Part shown: in pieces, positions 23,248-33,785 of the stretch
How positions within the stretch are numbered: position 1 is the first letter of the stretch
How the letters are laid out: every line of letters starts with the position of its first letter
Origin: an uncultured cyanobacterium
GTDB lineage: Bacteria; Cyanobacteriota; Cyanobacteriia; Cyanobacteriales; Cyanobacteriaceae
Direction of reading: 5' to 3'
Assembly (NCBI GenBank): GCA_963710605.1
Contig: CAVQBA010000004.1
Coordinates: 352,001-416,000, forward strand
DNA: 64,000 nucleotides
Program-made: the position numbers and the translations under genes
The notes under the pieces: model-generated
What the model saw: only the letters and a program-made list of their open reading frames with translations
The model's database searches: none
Told to the model about the DNA's origin: nothing

Positions 23248-24822
23248 ATGGATTTTTCGAGTCAAATTGCTAGTCAGCTGAACCCGACAGCGATCGCACC
23301 TGAGTCGATCGTCACAGTCACATTATTATTAGTCTTAGTGGGCGACTTGGTCTTCGGGCGTAAATCATCCCGATGGTTACCTTATTTCGCTGTAGGAGGC
23401 TTATTAACTGCGGTAGTCGCCTTATTTTTGGGGTGGGACAATCCTCTTCCTACTTCTTTTTTAGGTTCTTTTACCAGCGATAATCTCAGTATAGTTTTTC
23501 GAGGCATTGTTGTATCTTCCACGGCGATTACCATTTTAATGTCGATCGCTTATATTGAAAATACAGGCACTTCATTAGCCGAATTTATGGCAATCATGCT
23601 AACGGCAACATTAGGTGGTATGTTACTGTGCGGGGCATCAGAATTAGTAATGATTTTTGTTTCCCTAGAAATGCTCAGTATCTCCTCTTATCTGATGACG
23701 GGTTACATGAAACGAGATCCTCGTTCTAACGAAGCGGCGTTAAAATACTTATTAATTGGTGCGGCTAGTTCGGCTATCTTTCTTTATGGTAGTTCCTTAC
23801 TCTATGGGCTTTCTGGTGGTTTAACTAATATTAACGAGATTAATTTAACCCTTTCTCTGGGAGAAGGATTAGAATCTCTTGGTTTAGCGATCGCATTGGT
23901 GTTTATGATTGCAGGTATTGCTTTTAAAATCTCTGCTGTACCTTTCCATCAATGGACACCTGATGTTTATGAAGGTTCGCCTACCCCTGTAGTTGCGTTT
24001 TTATCAGTTGGTTCAAAAGCCGCTGGTTTTGCCTTAGCGATTAGATTACTAGCTACGGTTTTTGCTCCTGTTTCTGAGCAATGGCATTTTATCTTTACCG
24101 CCTTAGCAATTCTAAGTATGGTATTAGGTAATGTTGTGGCGTTAGCTCAAACTAGTATGAAACGAATGTTAGCCTATTCATCGATCGGGCAAGCTGGTTT
24201 TGTCATGATTGGTTTAATTGCTACAAGCACCGCAGGTTACTCTAGTATGATCTTTTATCTGTTCATTTATCTATTTATGAACTTAGGTGCATTTGCTTGT
24301 GTAATTCTCTTTGCCTTAAGAACGGGTACAGATAAAATTAGTGATTATGCAGGATTATACCAAAAAGATCCTTTACTCACTTTAGGATTAAGCCTTTGTT
24401 TGCTTTCCTTAGGCGGGATACCACCTCTAGCAGGTTTCTTTGGTAAAATTTATATTTTCTGGGCAGGTTGGCAAGCAGGATTATATGGTTTGGTATTAGT
24501 TGCTTTAGTTACTAGTGTCATCTCAATTTATTATTACATTCGGGTAGTCAAAATGATGGTAGTTAAAGAGCCTCATGAAATGTCTGATGTAGTTAAAAAT
24601 TACCCTGTTGTACGCTGGGATTTACCCGGTATGCGACCAATTCAAGTTAGTATTATCTTTTTGTTAGTTGCTACTTCTTTAATCGGTATCTTATCGAATC
24701 CTGTAGTTACGATCGCCAATAAATCGGTTGATAGTAGCTCAGTATTAGAAGCATCTTTACTAAAAGAGCGTGTTAACAATGTTTCCCTGAAACCAGTTGA
24801 AACTATAAAATCTGTTTTGTAA
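23248..24822 (+). CDS. ndhB: NAD(P)H-quinone oxidoreductase subunit 2 (NDH-1 subunit N-like)
   Basis: [44 protein letters not shown] and [11 protein letters not shown]. Confidence 0.97.
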   Translation: MDFSSQIASQLNPTAIAPESIVTVTLLLVLVGDLVFGRKSSRWLPYFAVGGLLTAVVALFLGWDNPLPTSFLGSFTSDNLSIVFRGIVVSSTAITILMSIAYIENTGTSLAEFMAIMLTATLGGMLLCGASELVMIFVSLEMLSISSYLMTGYMKRDPRSNEAALKYLLIGAASSAIFLYGSSLLYGLSGGLTNINEINLTLSLGEGLESLGLAIALVFMIAGIAFKISAVPFHQWTPDVYEGSPTPVVAFLSVGSKAAGFALAIRLLATVFAPVSEQWHFIFTALAILSMVLGNVVALAQTSMKRMLAYSSIGQAGFVMIGLIATSTAGYSSMIFYLFIYLFMNLGAFACVILFALRTGTDKISDYAGLYQKDPLLTLGLSLCLLSLGGIPPLAGFFGKIYIFWAGWQAGLYGLVLVALVTSVISIYYYIRVVKMMVVKEPHEMSDVVKNYPVVRWDLPGMRPIQVSIIFLLVATSLIGILSNPVVTIANKSVDSSSVLEASLLKERVNNVSLKPVETIKSVL

Positions 24823-24893
24823 TAATACTGTAGTTAAGATTCGGGGATTACGATCGTAAATTTTCGTGAATAATCCCTGTATCTTGAGTAAAG

Positions 24894-24945
24894 AGAGTAA
24901 GGAGTAAGGAGTAAGGAGTAAAGAGTAAAGAGTAAAGAGTAAGAA
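24894..24945. repeat. Heptamer array (GAGTAAG/GAGTAAA)n
   Basis: About 7 units after ndhB. Confidence 0.9.
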
Positions 24946-25132
24946 GTAGAAAACATTGATTATCGTGATTAAGTGAGTATTCTATAAGCGAAAAGACTAA
25001 GCACGTAATGCTTCTGTGCGTGATTATTGATTATTTATTGTCAATTGTCAATTGTAAACGGGTATAGAGTTAAGGTAAATTAGTGAGAGAGAGTATTATG
25101 TAAAAAATTAGTAATTAATTGAAGGATTCAGG

Positions 25133-27157
25133 GTGGAAAAAGGAAAACTAATTGAAATAAAAGTAAATGGCGATCGTCGTTTAGCAGTATTAGATAAACC
25201 AGAAGGAAAAAAAGACTGGCTTGCGATCGATACCAATGGAAATAGTCATAAAGTTCGCCCTCAAAAAATAGAATATCAAGTAGAACAAACAGAAGGAGAA
25301 TTATATAAATATACTGATATACCTAAATTTGAGCAAAAAGTTAGTCAATATTTAGATTTATCCAATTTAGAAATAGCTTGGGAATTATTAGTAGAAGAGC
25401 CAGAACCTTTGTCTGTTAAAGATTTAACAGGATTAATTTTTAGTGAAGAAACTCCCGAATTATGTTACGCCTGTTATCTATTGTTGTCTGAAGATAAAAT
25501 ATATTTCAAAAAGAAAGCAGATCTCTACGAACCTCGCCCCGTAACTCAAGTAGAAGAAATCAAACATCAAATTGAAGTAGAAGCTCAAAAAAAAGCTGAA
25601 AAAGAAAATTTTGTCACTAAAGTAGATCAAGCCTTAACAGGAAAAGAAGTTGAATGGGCAGACACAGATTTAACTCGAATACATTTTCTCGAAAAGTTAG
25701 CGATTACACCAGACAAATCTAACAGACAAGCAGAAGATATCTTAGAATTATTAAATCGTAAAAAAACTCCTGAGAATGCGGTGCAATTATTGATAGACTT
25801 AAAACTATGGAGTAAGCATGAAAATCTATTTTTACGGCGTAGTTCCTATCCTCATGAATTCTCTCAACAGGTACCCCAAGTGACTCAATCTCTTATCGAT
25901 CAGGTGATTAGTGGTGACTTTACTGACAAAGATGAAGATCGTCTTGATTTGACTCATCACAAAATATATACGATCGATGATGAATCAACTAGAGAAATTG
26001 ACGACGGTTTAAGTGTCGAACATTTAGAAGATGGTTCAACTCGTATCTGGGTTCATATCGCCGATCCTAGTCGCTTAATTGATCCAAATGATGCCCTAGA
26101 TTTAGAAGCTCGTAAACGTAGCACTAGTCTATATTTACCGACGGGAATGATTTCGATGTTCCCTCCAGAATTAGCAACTGGTCCCATGAGTTTAATCCAA
26201 GGTCAAAAATGCCCTGCTCTTAGCTTTAGCGTGGTTCTAGATGATGCAGGTAAGGTAATTGATTATTCGATTCATTCTAGTTGGGTAAAACCGACTTATC
26301 GCTTAACTTATGATGATGTGATCGAAATGTTAACCATGGATATACCCGCAGAAGAAGAAATTAAAATTTTGGCGAAGGCGGCGAAAAAAAGAGAACAATG
26401 GCGTAGAAGTAATGGTTCGGTGATGATTGCCATGCCAGAAGCGGTTATTAAGGTTAAAGATGAAGAACAAGAAGATGTTTCGATCGAAATTTTAGAGATG
26501 TCTCAAGCACGTTTATTAGTAGCTGAGATGATGATCGTCACAGGAGAGATAGCGGGGAGATATTGTCAAGAACATGGCTTACCAGTACCGTTTAGAGGGC
26601 AACCACAACCTGAATTACCGCCTGAAGAAGAATTGAATATGTTACCACCCGGACCAGTTCGTTTTGCGGCTGTGCGTCGTTGTATGCCTAAAAGCGAAAC
26701 GGCTTTATCTCCTGCTCGTCATGCTAGTTTGGGTTTAGATACTTATACTCAAGTCACATCCCCAATCCGTCGTTATACTGATTTATTAGCTCACTTCCAA
26801 ATTAAAGCTCACCTAAGAGGTGATGAGTTACCTTTTCAACGAGATAAATTGCAAGAAATTTTGTTTGAGGTAGTCTCTACTGCTTCTGAAGCTACTTTTG
26901 TGGAAAGACAAACTAATCGTTATTGGAGTTTGCATTATTTACTGAAAAATAGTCAGGAAGTTTGGCAAAGTATAATGCTTCGTTGGTTACGTGAAGATGA
27001 TGGTTTAGCTTTTATTTTGTTGGAAGATTTAGGCTTAGAGTTTGTGCATCGATTCGATCGTACTCCTAAACTAGGAGAAATATTACAATTACAAGTATAT
27101 TTTTGTGATCCTCAAAGGGATGAAATACGATTTAAAGAAGTAGCGATTAATGAGTAA
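25133..27157 (+). CDS. Ribonuclease II/R family exoribonuclease (RNB domain)
   Basis: TIDDESTREIDDGLS, VHIADP and YTQVTSPIRRYTDL. Confidence 0.93.
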   Translation: MEKGKLIEIKVNGDRRLAVLDKPEGKKDWLAIDTNGNSHKVRPQKIEYQVEQTEGELYKYTDIPKFEQKVSQYLDLSNLEIAWELLVEEPEPLSVKDLTGLIFSEETPELCYACYLLLSEDKIYFKKKADLYEPRPVTQVEEIKHQIEVEAQKKAEKENFVTKVDQALTGKEVEWADTDLTRIHFLEKLAITPDKSNRQAEDILELLNRKKTPENAVQLLIDLKLWSKHENLFLRRSSYPHEFSQQVPQVTQSLIDQVISGDFTDKDEDRLDLTHHKIYTIDDESTREIDDGLSVEHLEDGSTRIWVHIADPSRLIDPNDALDLEARKRSTSLYLPTGMISMFPPELATGPMSLIQGQKCPALSFSVVLDDAGKVIDYSIHSSWVKPTYRLTYDDVIEMLTMDIPAEEEIKILAKAAKKREQWRRSNGSVMIAMPEAVIKVKDEEQEDVSIEILEMSQARLLVAEMMIVTGEIAGRYCQEHGLPVPFRGQPQPELPPEEELNMLPPGPVRFAAVRRCMPKSETALSPARHASLGLDTYTQVTSPIRRYTDLLAHFQIKAHLRGDELPFQRDKLQEILFEVVSTASEATFVERQTNRYWSLHYLLKNSQEVWQSIMLRWLREDDGLAFILLEDLGLEFVHRFDRTPKLGEILQLQVYFCDPQRDEIRFKEVAINE

Positions 27158-27217
27158 GGAGTAGGGAATAGGGAATAGGGAATAGGGAATAGGGAATAGG
27201 GAATAGGGAATAAGGAG
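27152..27217. repeat. Heptamer array (GGGAATA)x7 with GAGTAAG flanks
   Basis: Perfect tandem units after the RNase II stop. Confidence 0.92.
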
Positions 27218-27374
27218 TCTTAGAGCTGATAGCTGATAGCTTAGAGCTTACAATTGTTAATTATTGATAACAATAGATGTAATAATAAGGTTAATTAGTT
27301 GGTCAAGATACTTATATTTGTTTAAACATTTTGTTACAATTAACACAAAATTTATTTTATATATTAAAAAATTT

Positions 27375-28070
27375 ATGAGCGATAAAAACGTAGTTATATC
27401 TCCTTCTATCTTATCTGCTGACTTTGGTCGTTTAGGTGAAGAAATCAAAGCAGTTGATGAAGCTGGTGCTGATTGGATTCATATTGACGTAATGGACGGA
27501 CGTTTTGTACCTAATATTACAATTGGACCAATGATTGTCAAAGCTGTTCGCCCTTATACTGATAAACCTTTAGATGTTCATTTAATGATTGTTGAGCCTG
27601 AAAGATATGTAGAAGACTTTGCTAATGCAGGTGCGGATATTATTTCTGTTCATGCCGAGCATAATGCTTCTCCTCATCTACACCGTACTCTTTGTCAGAT
27701 TCGTGAATTAGGTAAAAAGTCTGGTGTGGTACTTAATCCTTCTACTCCATTAAATATTATTGAACACGTTCTTGATGTATGTGATTTAATTTTAATCATG
27801 AGTGTTAACCCCGGTTTTGGTGGTCAAAGCTTTATTCCTTCTGTTGTACCAAAAATCAAAGCTCTTCGTCAAATGTGTGATGAGCGTGGTTTAAATCCTT
27901 GGATTCAGGTTGATGGTGGTTTAAAACCTAACAATACATGGCAAGTACTAGAAGCTGGTGCTAATGCAATTGTAGCTGGTTCTGCTGTATTTAAAGCTGA
28001 TGATTATGCTGATGCAATTGAAGGTATCCGTAACAGCAAAAATCCTGATGCTGAATTAGTTACTGCTTAA
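27375..28070 (+). CDS. rpe: Ribulose-phosphate 3-epimerase
   Basis: [35 protein letters not shown] and VDGG. The ATG at 27375 is preferred over the upstream TTG. Confidence 0.97.
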   Translation: MSDKNVVISPSILSADFGRLGEEIKAVDEAGADWIHIDVMDGRFVPNITIGPMIVKAVRPYTDKPLDVHLMIVEPERYVEDFANAGADIISVHAEHNASPHLHRTLCQIRELGKKSGVVLNPSTPLNIIEHVLDVCDLILIMSVNPGFGGQSFIPSVVPKIKALRQMCDERGLNPWIQVDGGLKPNNTWQVLEAGANAIVAGSAVFKADDYADAIEGIRNSKNPDAELVTA

Positions 28071-28309
28071 TTTGTCGAAAAAGCTATCAGCTATTAGCTA
28101 TCATTAAATAGAGGGTGCAAGCCTTGCACCCCTACGAGTGAAAAATATCGAAATTATTTTGCACCAATACTTAAAATAACAACGAGATAATTTTAAGACT
28201 TAAATTCAGTTTAATTTATTAAACGATATCTATTAGCCGTGAAATTTATTGCACGGTGGGTATTAGGCTTGTCTGAAATTTAGATAAAACTTACCTGTAA
28301 AATTTATGA

Positions 28310-29110
28310 CTACAAATTTCTATCCATTTTAATTGATTCATTCAACATTAACAATTCTTTTTCCAAATCATCAGCTTGTTGGTGATGCCCTAAAATTCCA
28401 TAACAAGTGATTAAACCTTGATATATCTCTGGTATTTCTTGAGCTATATCTTGTAATTGATGATAATATTCGATCGCTTCACGATATAAACATTGTCTTT
28501 GTTTCATTACAGCTAAACGATAAGTAGCCCAATAATCTCTTGGTTTAATTGCTAACGCCTGAAGATAGCTTTTTTCTGCATTAAACCATTGTTTTAAAAT
28601 TTGCTGACATTCTCCTTGCCAATAATAACTCCAATAATCATCAGGGCGAATAATTAACGCTTTTTGCCACAGATACAAAGCCGAAAGATACTTTTTAATT
28701 TTAAAATAAGACTTAGCTAAACGATAAGTAGCCCAATAATCTTCTTGTTTGTATTTTAAAGCATGATCAAAACAAATAATTGCTAATGCGTGATCATTTA
28801 ATCTAGATTGTAAAAGACAGCCTCGATCGTACCATGCCCAATAATTATTCGGTTGAATTTCACAAGCTTTTACCCAATTAGATAACGCTTCATCAAACAA
28901 ATCAAGTTCTTCTAAAACCTTGCCACGATAATACCAACTATAATAATCATGCTTGTAATATTCCAAAGCCTTATCGTAGCAAAAAAGAGCTTCAGAGAAA
29001 AAATGTTGTTCTCGTAATTGATTCGCTTGTTCGTACCAAGTACTATAACAGTCAGGGCGACACTCTAAAAAACGATATTGGTTGTTGTGATTTTTGTTAG
29101 CAATCATCAT
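28310..29110 (-). CDS. Tetratricopeptide repeat protein
   Basis: Repeated ~34-aa units, e.g. ALEYYKHDYYSWYYRG, ACEIQPNNYWAWYDRG and ALIIRPDDYWSYYWQG. Confidence 0.9.
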   Translation of the reverse strand: MMIANKNHNNQYRFLECRPDCYSTWYEQANQLREQHFFSEALFCYDKALEYYKHDYYSWYYRGKVLEELDLFDEALSNWVKACEIQPNNYWAWYDRGCLLQSRLNDHALAIICFDHALKYKQEDYWATYRLAKSYFKIKKYLSALYLWQKALIIRPDDYWSYYWQGECQQILKQWFNAEKSYLQALAIKPRDYWATYRLAVMKQRQCLYREAIEYYHQLQDIAQEIPEIYQGLITCYGILGHHQQADDLEKELLMLNESIKMDRNL

Positions 29111-29423
29111 AGTTATGTGTGAAGAAATTATTTTTGACTATAATTTAGATAACTCGATCAAAATAATTGTTAATACTTAGGCACTTGCTTAGTATCAATC
29201 GACAATTACTTTTACTTCAAGCGAAAAACAGAGAAAATAAAAACAAGCTTTTCATTTTTAATAGGTGAGAAAACGATCAAAATATTGTTTGTTTAATTTT
29301 TCCGTAATATTATGTAAATTAAGATTTATTCATGACAATTGCAATAGTTATGGCAATTATTAATGATCAAATAGGCTGACAGTGTTATTTAAACATATAT
29401 CAAAATAAAGTTTAACAAAATCA

Positions 29424-31568
29424 ATGAATCATAATAATCAACAAATCAGACACGTTTTAGCCTTAGAATGTGGTACTTGGAAAAAAACTTTTTTTCTGGA
29501 TAAAAACACCTATTCTTTAGGAAGAAACTCGACAAGTTCTTTATTTTGTTACCATCGTGTTGTTTCTCGTAACCACGCTAGTTTATTAAAACTTAATTAT
29601 CATAATTTAACACAAAAAAAAGAATTCAAGAATATATTTTGGTTGATTGATGGTGATTTGACAGGGAAAAAAAGCACTAATGGTATTTATGTTAATGGTA
29701 AAAAATGTCTTGATGCACATCGTTTAGCACCAGGAGACATTATTTTCTTTGGTGGTATTGATGTTAAAGCTAAATATGATATTCTTGACCTTGATAATCA
29801 TGGTTTTTATAGCTCATCTTTTGAGGATACCAGTGAGATTGTTAAACTAAAAAATTTTACTCAAAACTTAGAACAAAATTCCCTCTTCATTTTAGATTCT
29901 CAGAAGTTAGAGCATTTTGAATTAATCGGTGAAACTGTTTTGATTGTCGATGCCACTACTGGGCAAATTATCAAAGCTAACACAAATGCTGAAGCTTTAT
30001 TGGGTTATTCGGTAGCTGAGTTAGAACAACTGAAGGTTGATGATTTTGATCTTAGTGAGCATAATATCATTGTTGATGAATTAGAGTCTGTTCGTAACTA
30101 TAATGTTTCGAGTACTAGAGAATCTATTTATCAAAGAAAAGATCAACAATTAATTAATGTTTTGCTCAAATCTATGAGCGTTAAATATCAGCAACAACAA
30201 TATATTTTCATTGCCATCCAAAATATTAACAATGCTAAAAAATTAGAAGATGTTTTACGTTACCAAAATAATCATGATTTACTAACTAATTTAGGAAATA
30301 AACAATTATTTAAGAAAAAAGTAGCTTACTGTTTAGGATATAACTCAATCAAAGAGACACAATTAGCATTAATTAAAATTAGACTTCATTCTAGTAAAAG
30401 TTTAGCCGAAAATATAGATACGAATAAAAGTAAAGCGTTAGAAAATAAAATAATTGAGTATATCAAAAGTAAAATTTCGACAATGGATACGATCGCTAAA
30501 TTTGTTGAAAATGAATACTATATGATGATTGAAGAAGTTAAAAATACAGCTAAAATAGAAGTCTTATTAAAAGACATTTTAAACTTTCTTAAAAATCCGA
30601 TCGTAATCAATGATGAATCGTTTTTATTCTCTGCTAATATGGGTATTACTATTCATCCTCAAGATGGACAAGATATCGATGAATTAATCCAAAAATCTAG
30701 TTTGGCTTTAGAAGCTAGTTATCAAAAATCTCTGAATAATTATCAATATTACGATTATCAAATTAGTGATTATTATTCTCAACAATATCGACAAGAACAA
30801 TTATTGATTGAAAGTATTAAAAAAAGTAAAATCAATATTATTTACAAACCAGTTATCGATACTCAAAATGAGCAAATAATTAGACTAAATTGTGAATTAA
30901 ATTATAGTGAAGATGAATTGGATAATTTTTCTCAATTAGATATTCTTAAACATACTCAAAAAACAGGCTATACTATTGATTTGATTGAATTATGTCTAAA
31001 CAAAATTACGATCGATTTACATTCATGGCAAGAAAAAAATGTAACTTTAAAACAAGTAAGTTTACCTATTTTACTTTCTACTTTAGTAGATAATAATTCA
31101 TTTAATTCGGTCATGGTTTTATTAACCGATTTCCAAACAAAAAATATAGATTTAGCTTTAGATATTATTATTGATGATCAGTATTATGGAAACCAAAAAA
31201 ATCGATCGGCTGAAGTCGGCACAGCACGATCGAGTTTATCTAATTTACACAAAATTGATCACGACTTAACCTTATCTAATTTTAGTTATCAGCAAGGTAT
31301 CGAACTACTTAACTCTACAGATAAATTTACTAGTATTAAAATTGTACTTCCTTCTGAGTTAGATTTAGAGAACGAACCGAAACAACAGGCTTTAATTATG
31401 AGTTTGTTAAGCTTTACTAATGCCCTCAATATTAACTTCATTATTGGTGGATTATCAACTCAAAAACAAAAAGATATTTTAATGGAATTAGGTTGCACAA
31501 TGATGGAAGGTTCTATTTTCACCCCTCCTTTAGTTGCCGAAGATGTGGCTACTTTCTTAGTTTCTTAA
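29424..31568 (+). CDS. FHA-PAS-GGDEF-EAL protein with degenerate catalytic motifs
   Basis: FHA (LGRN, VSRNHA, STNGIYVNG), PAS (ANTNAEALLGYS), HDLLTNLGN and an EAL-like C-terminus (GCTMMEG..F..PL). Confidence 0.85.
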   Translation: MNHNNQQIRHVLALECGTWKKTFFLDKNTYSLGRNSTSSLFCYHRVVSRNHASLLKLNYHNLTQKKEFKNIFWLIDGDLTGKKSTNGIYVNGKKCLDAHRLAPGDIIFFGGIDVKAKYDILDLDNHGFYSSSFEDTSEIVKLKNFTQNLEQNSLFILDSQKLEHFELIGETVLIVDATTGQIIKANTNAEALLGYSVAELEQLKVDDFDLSEHNIIVDELESVRNYNVSSTRESIYQRKDQQLINVLLKSMSVKYQQQQYIFIAIQNINNAKKLEDVLRYQNNHDLLTNLGNKQLFKKKVAYCLGYNSIKETQLALIKIRLHSSKSLAENIDTNKSKALENKIIEYIKSKISTMDTIAKFVENEYYMMIEEVKNTAKIEVLLKDILNFLKNPIVINDESFLFSANMGITIHPQDGQDIDELIQKSSLALEASYQKSLNNYQYYDYQISDYYSQQYRQEQLLIESIKKSKINIIYKPVIDTQNEQIIRLNCELNYSEDELDNFSQLDILKHTQKTGYTIDLIELCLNKITIDLHSWQEKNVTLKQVSLPILLSTLVDNNSFNSVMVLLTDFQTKNIDLALDIIIDDQYYGNQKNRSAEVGTARSSLSNLHKIDHDLTLSNFSYQQGIELLNSTDKFTSIKIVLPSELDLENEPKQQALIMSLLSFTNALNINFIIGGLSTQKQKDILMELGCTMMEGSIFTPPLVAEDVATFLVS

Positions 31569-31912
31569 ATAGACAAATTGAATTATTTTAGTAATAATTG
31601 ATTTTTTAATTATATTTTTAGTAAACATTAATAATACTAAGATAATCTAGATGATTTTTAATTTAAAAGTTGTTTTACATTTCTCTATTTCAATTATTAA
31701 TTTAAGTTAAACTTATTGCTGTAACAAAGTAATTCAGATAATTGTAGTAAAATTATTAAATTTATTTTTAACTGCAAATTTTATCTTTTTAATTTCAACT
31801 GTTTTATGATTTTTTCGGCTTTGTTATGGTCATTTATGTCAATTATGTTATAAAATGATATTAACTTTTGTTACAAATATTAAGATAATATCTAACAAAG
31901 CATTTTTAACTA

Positions 31913-32647
31913 ATGTATTTTTTTAAACCCAATCAACCTATATTACAAAACAAAGAATTATCCTCAGATTCAGACCCATCAGCGTTAGTAAACTCCCTCA
32001 GATTAAAATGGTTAGAGAGATATAATCTGTGCGGAATATATACCTGTGTTGACCAAGCCATGCTAATTTGGGGCTTGATTAGTGGAGTGATTTTTTTCTC
32101 GGCTCAGTTTTTGCCCTTTAGTTGGATTCATCAAGCAATCTTCTGGACAATTATTACTACTGTTGCGATCGTAGCGATGGTTTACTTAACTTATACTTGG
32201 ACTATATTAGAGGAAGTTTCAGGACTAATTTATAGTTGGATTATTTTGATGGTTTTGGGGTTGATTCTCACTGATTATGCGATCGTTTCTGGTTGGGGTT
32301 TTGTCTTAATACATCTATGTGATTTATGGCTAATACTTAGTGCAGTAGGATATCTCATCACAGGAATTATATTACGCTCTAGAGCATTTTTTTTAGCGGC
32401 AATAATTCATATACTCACTATCTTTGTTTTACCTTGGTTTGTGTCATGGCAATTTGCTATCACGGGTTTTGTGATGATGAGTAACTTGTTAGTTTTTAGT
32501 GAAAAACAATGGGATATGCTTTTACCCAAAGAAATGAAACAATATTCCTCTGGGAAACTAATTAGATTCTCTTCTTTATATACCCAAGTTAAAAATCATA
32601 TAATCACTAAAATATTCAAAAACTTGATCATGTACGTTTTAATTTAA
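31913..32647 (+). CDS. Conserved cyanobacterial multi-pass membrane protein, function unknown
   Basis: 244-aa ORF with about 6 hydrophobic helices. Confidence 0.7.
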   Translation: MYFFKPNQPILQNKELSSDSDPSALVNSLRLKWLERYNLCGIYTCVDQAMLIWGLISGVIFFSAQFLPFSWIHQAIFWTIITTVAIVAMVYLTYTWTILEEVSGLIYSWIILMVLGLILTDYAIVSGWGFVLIHLCDLWLILSAVGYLITGIILRSRAFFLAAIIHILTIFVLPWFVSWQFAITGFVMMSNLLVFSEKQWDMLLPKEMKQYSSGKLIRFSSLYTQVKNHIITKIFKNLIMYVLI

Positions 32648-32743
32648 CTTTGGTGATAGTATTTGATTAGCCAAGCTTTAGGAAAGAGAAAATAGATTAG
32701 TACAGTAATTTATATCCAAAAATCAAGTAAAAAATATTAATTC

Positions 32744-33472
32744 TCAATTTTCAATTATTAAGACTCCTTCTTTGTTTTGAATCGGTAAAGTTGAAATAAT
32801 ATCTTTTTCGGCACAATATTTTATATCTTCTTCCAAATTTAATTTCATCATTCTTTGTCCATGACTAGATAACTTAAACAAATCAACTAATTTATTTTCC
32901 CATTGTTGATAAAGAGTAATTGAAGCAATCACTTCATCGTTACCTATAGAATTAGGATTAGCATAATCTACTATACTAGATGCGATCGCCCCTGCACAAA
33001 TCGTATCTTCTAATGAATAACCGCCTTCCCAACCTGAGCCTACTAACCAGACGTTTTCAGGTTTAGTTGCTTGTAGATAACTAACTACCGCCGAATAATT
33101 AATCATTGCCCCTGTAAGTATTGTAGAAGCTGATTGTATTGTTTGTAAACAACGAGTACCGTTAGTCGTGCTAATAAATAACTGTTTATCTTTCACCGAT
33201 TCGTGAGTACAATCTAAAGGAGAATTACCTAAATCGCAAAAATCAATTTTTTTACCACCCCTTTCTCCTAATCTTAATCGATCGTTTTTAGCTATTGATT
33301 CACTTTCATTAAAAAGTAAATCCAAATCACTAAAAGCTTTAACTGATTTAGCACCATTATTCAGTGCAGTGGCAATAGTTGTTGTTGCACGTAACACATC
33401 AATCGCAACCGCACAATCAGGGGCAAGATCATTAGGAGTAGATTCGGGAGTATAATAAACAGAAATTTTCAC
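32744..33472 (-). CDS. comB: 2-phosphosulfolactate phosphatase family protein
   Basis: IDVLRATTTI, GERGG, LGNSP, STTNGT and SLEDTICAG. Confidence 0.92.
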   Translation of the reverse strand: MKISVYYTPESTPNDLAPDCAVAIDVLRATTTIATALNNGAKSVKAFSDLDLLFNESESIAKNDRLRLGERGGKKIDFCDLGNSPLDCTHESVKDKQLFISTTNGTRCLQTIQSASTILTGAMINYSAVVSYLQATKPENVWLVGSGWEGGYSLEDTICAGAIASSIVDYANPNSIGNDEVIASITLYQQWENKLVDLFKLSSHGQRMMKLNLEEDIKYCAEKDIISTLPIQNKEGVLIIEN

Positions 33473-33785
33473 TTTATTTTTAATCAGGAATAATTTATTT
33501 AGTTATGGCGACAAAGCAATTCATAAAACAATCCTGATTTTACATTAATCTTGTCCGTTTTTTGAAAAGCAAAATATTTAGCTCAATAATTGACAATTAA
33601 CGATCGACAGTTGACAATTAAGTAGGGAGTAAGAATTGATAATTGATAATCAAATATTTAAATTCTGTGTTTTATTCGTTTAAAAAACCAGACGCATACT
33701 CCAAATTTTTTCAGTTAAAATAAAAATAATAAAGGGTAATCTTTAAGCAATGGCTTTGGTAAAGACGATTATCGGGTTTTAAACC

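Noticed and set aside
27264-27374. N-terminal extension of Rpe
   Set aside because: AT-rich promoter DNA; the recognisable protein starts at the ATG at 27375.
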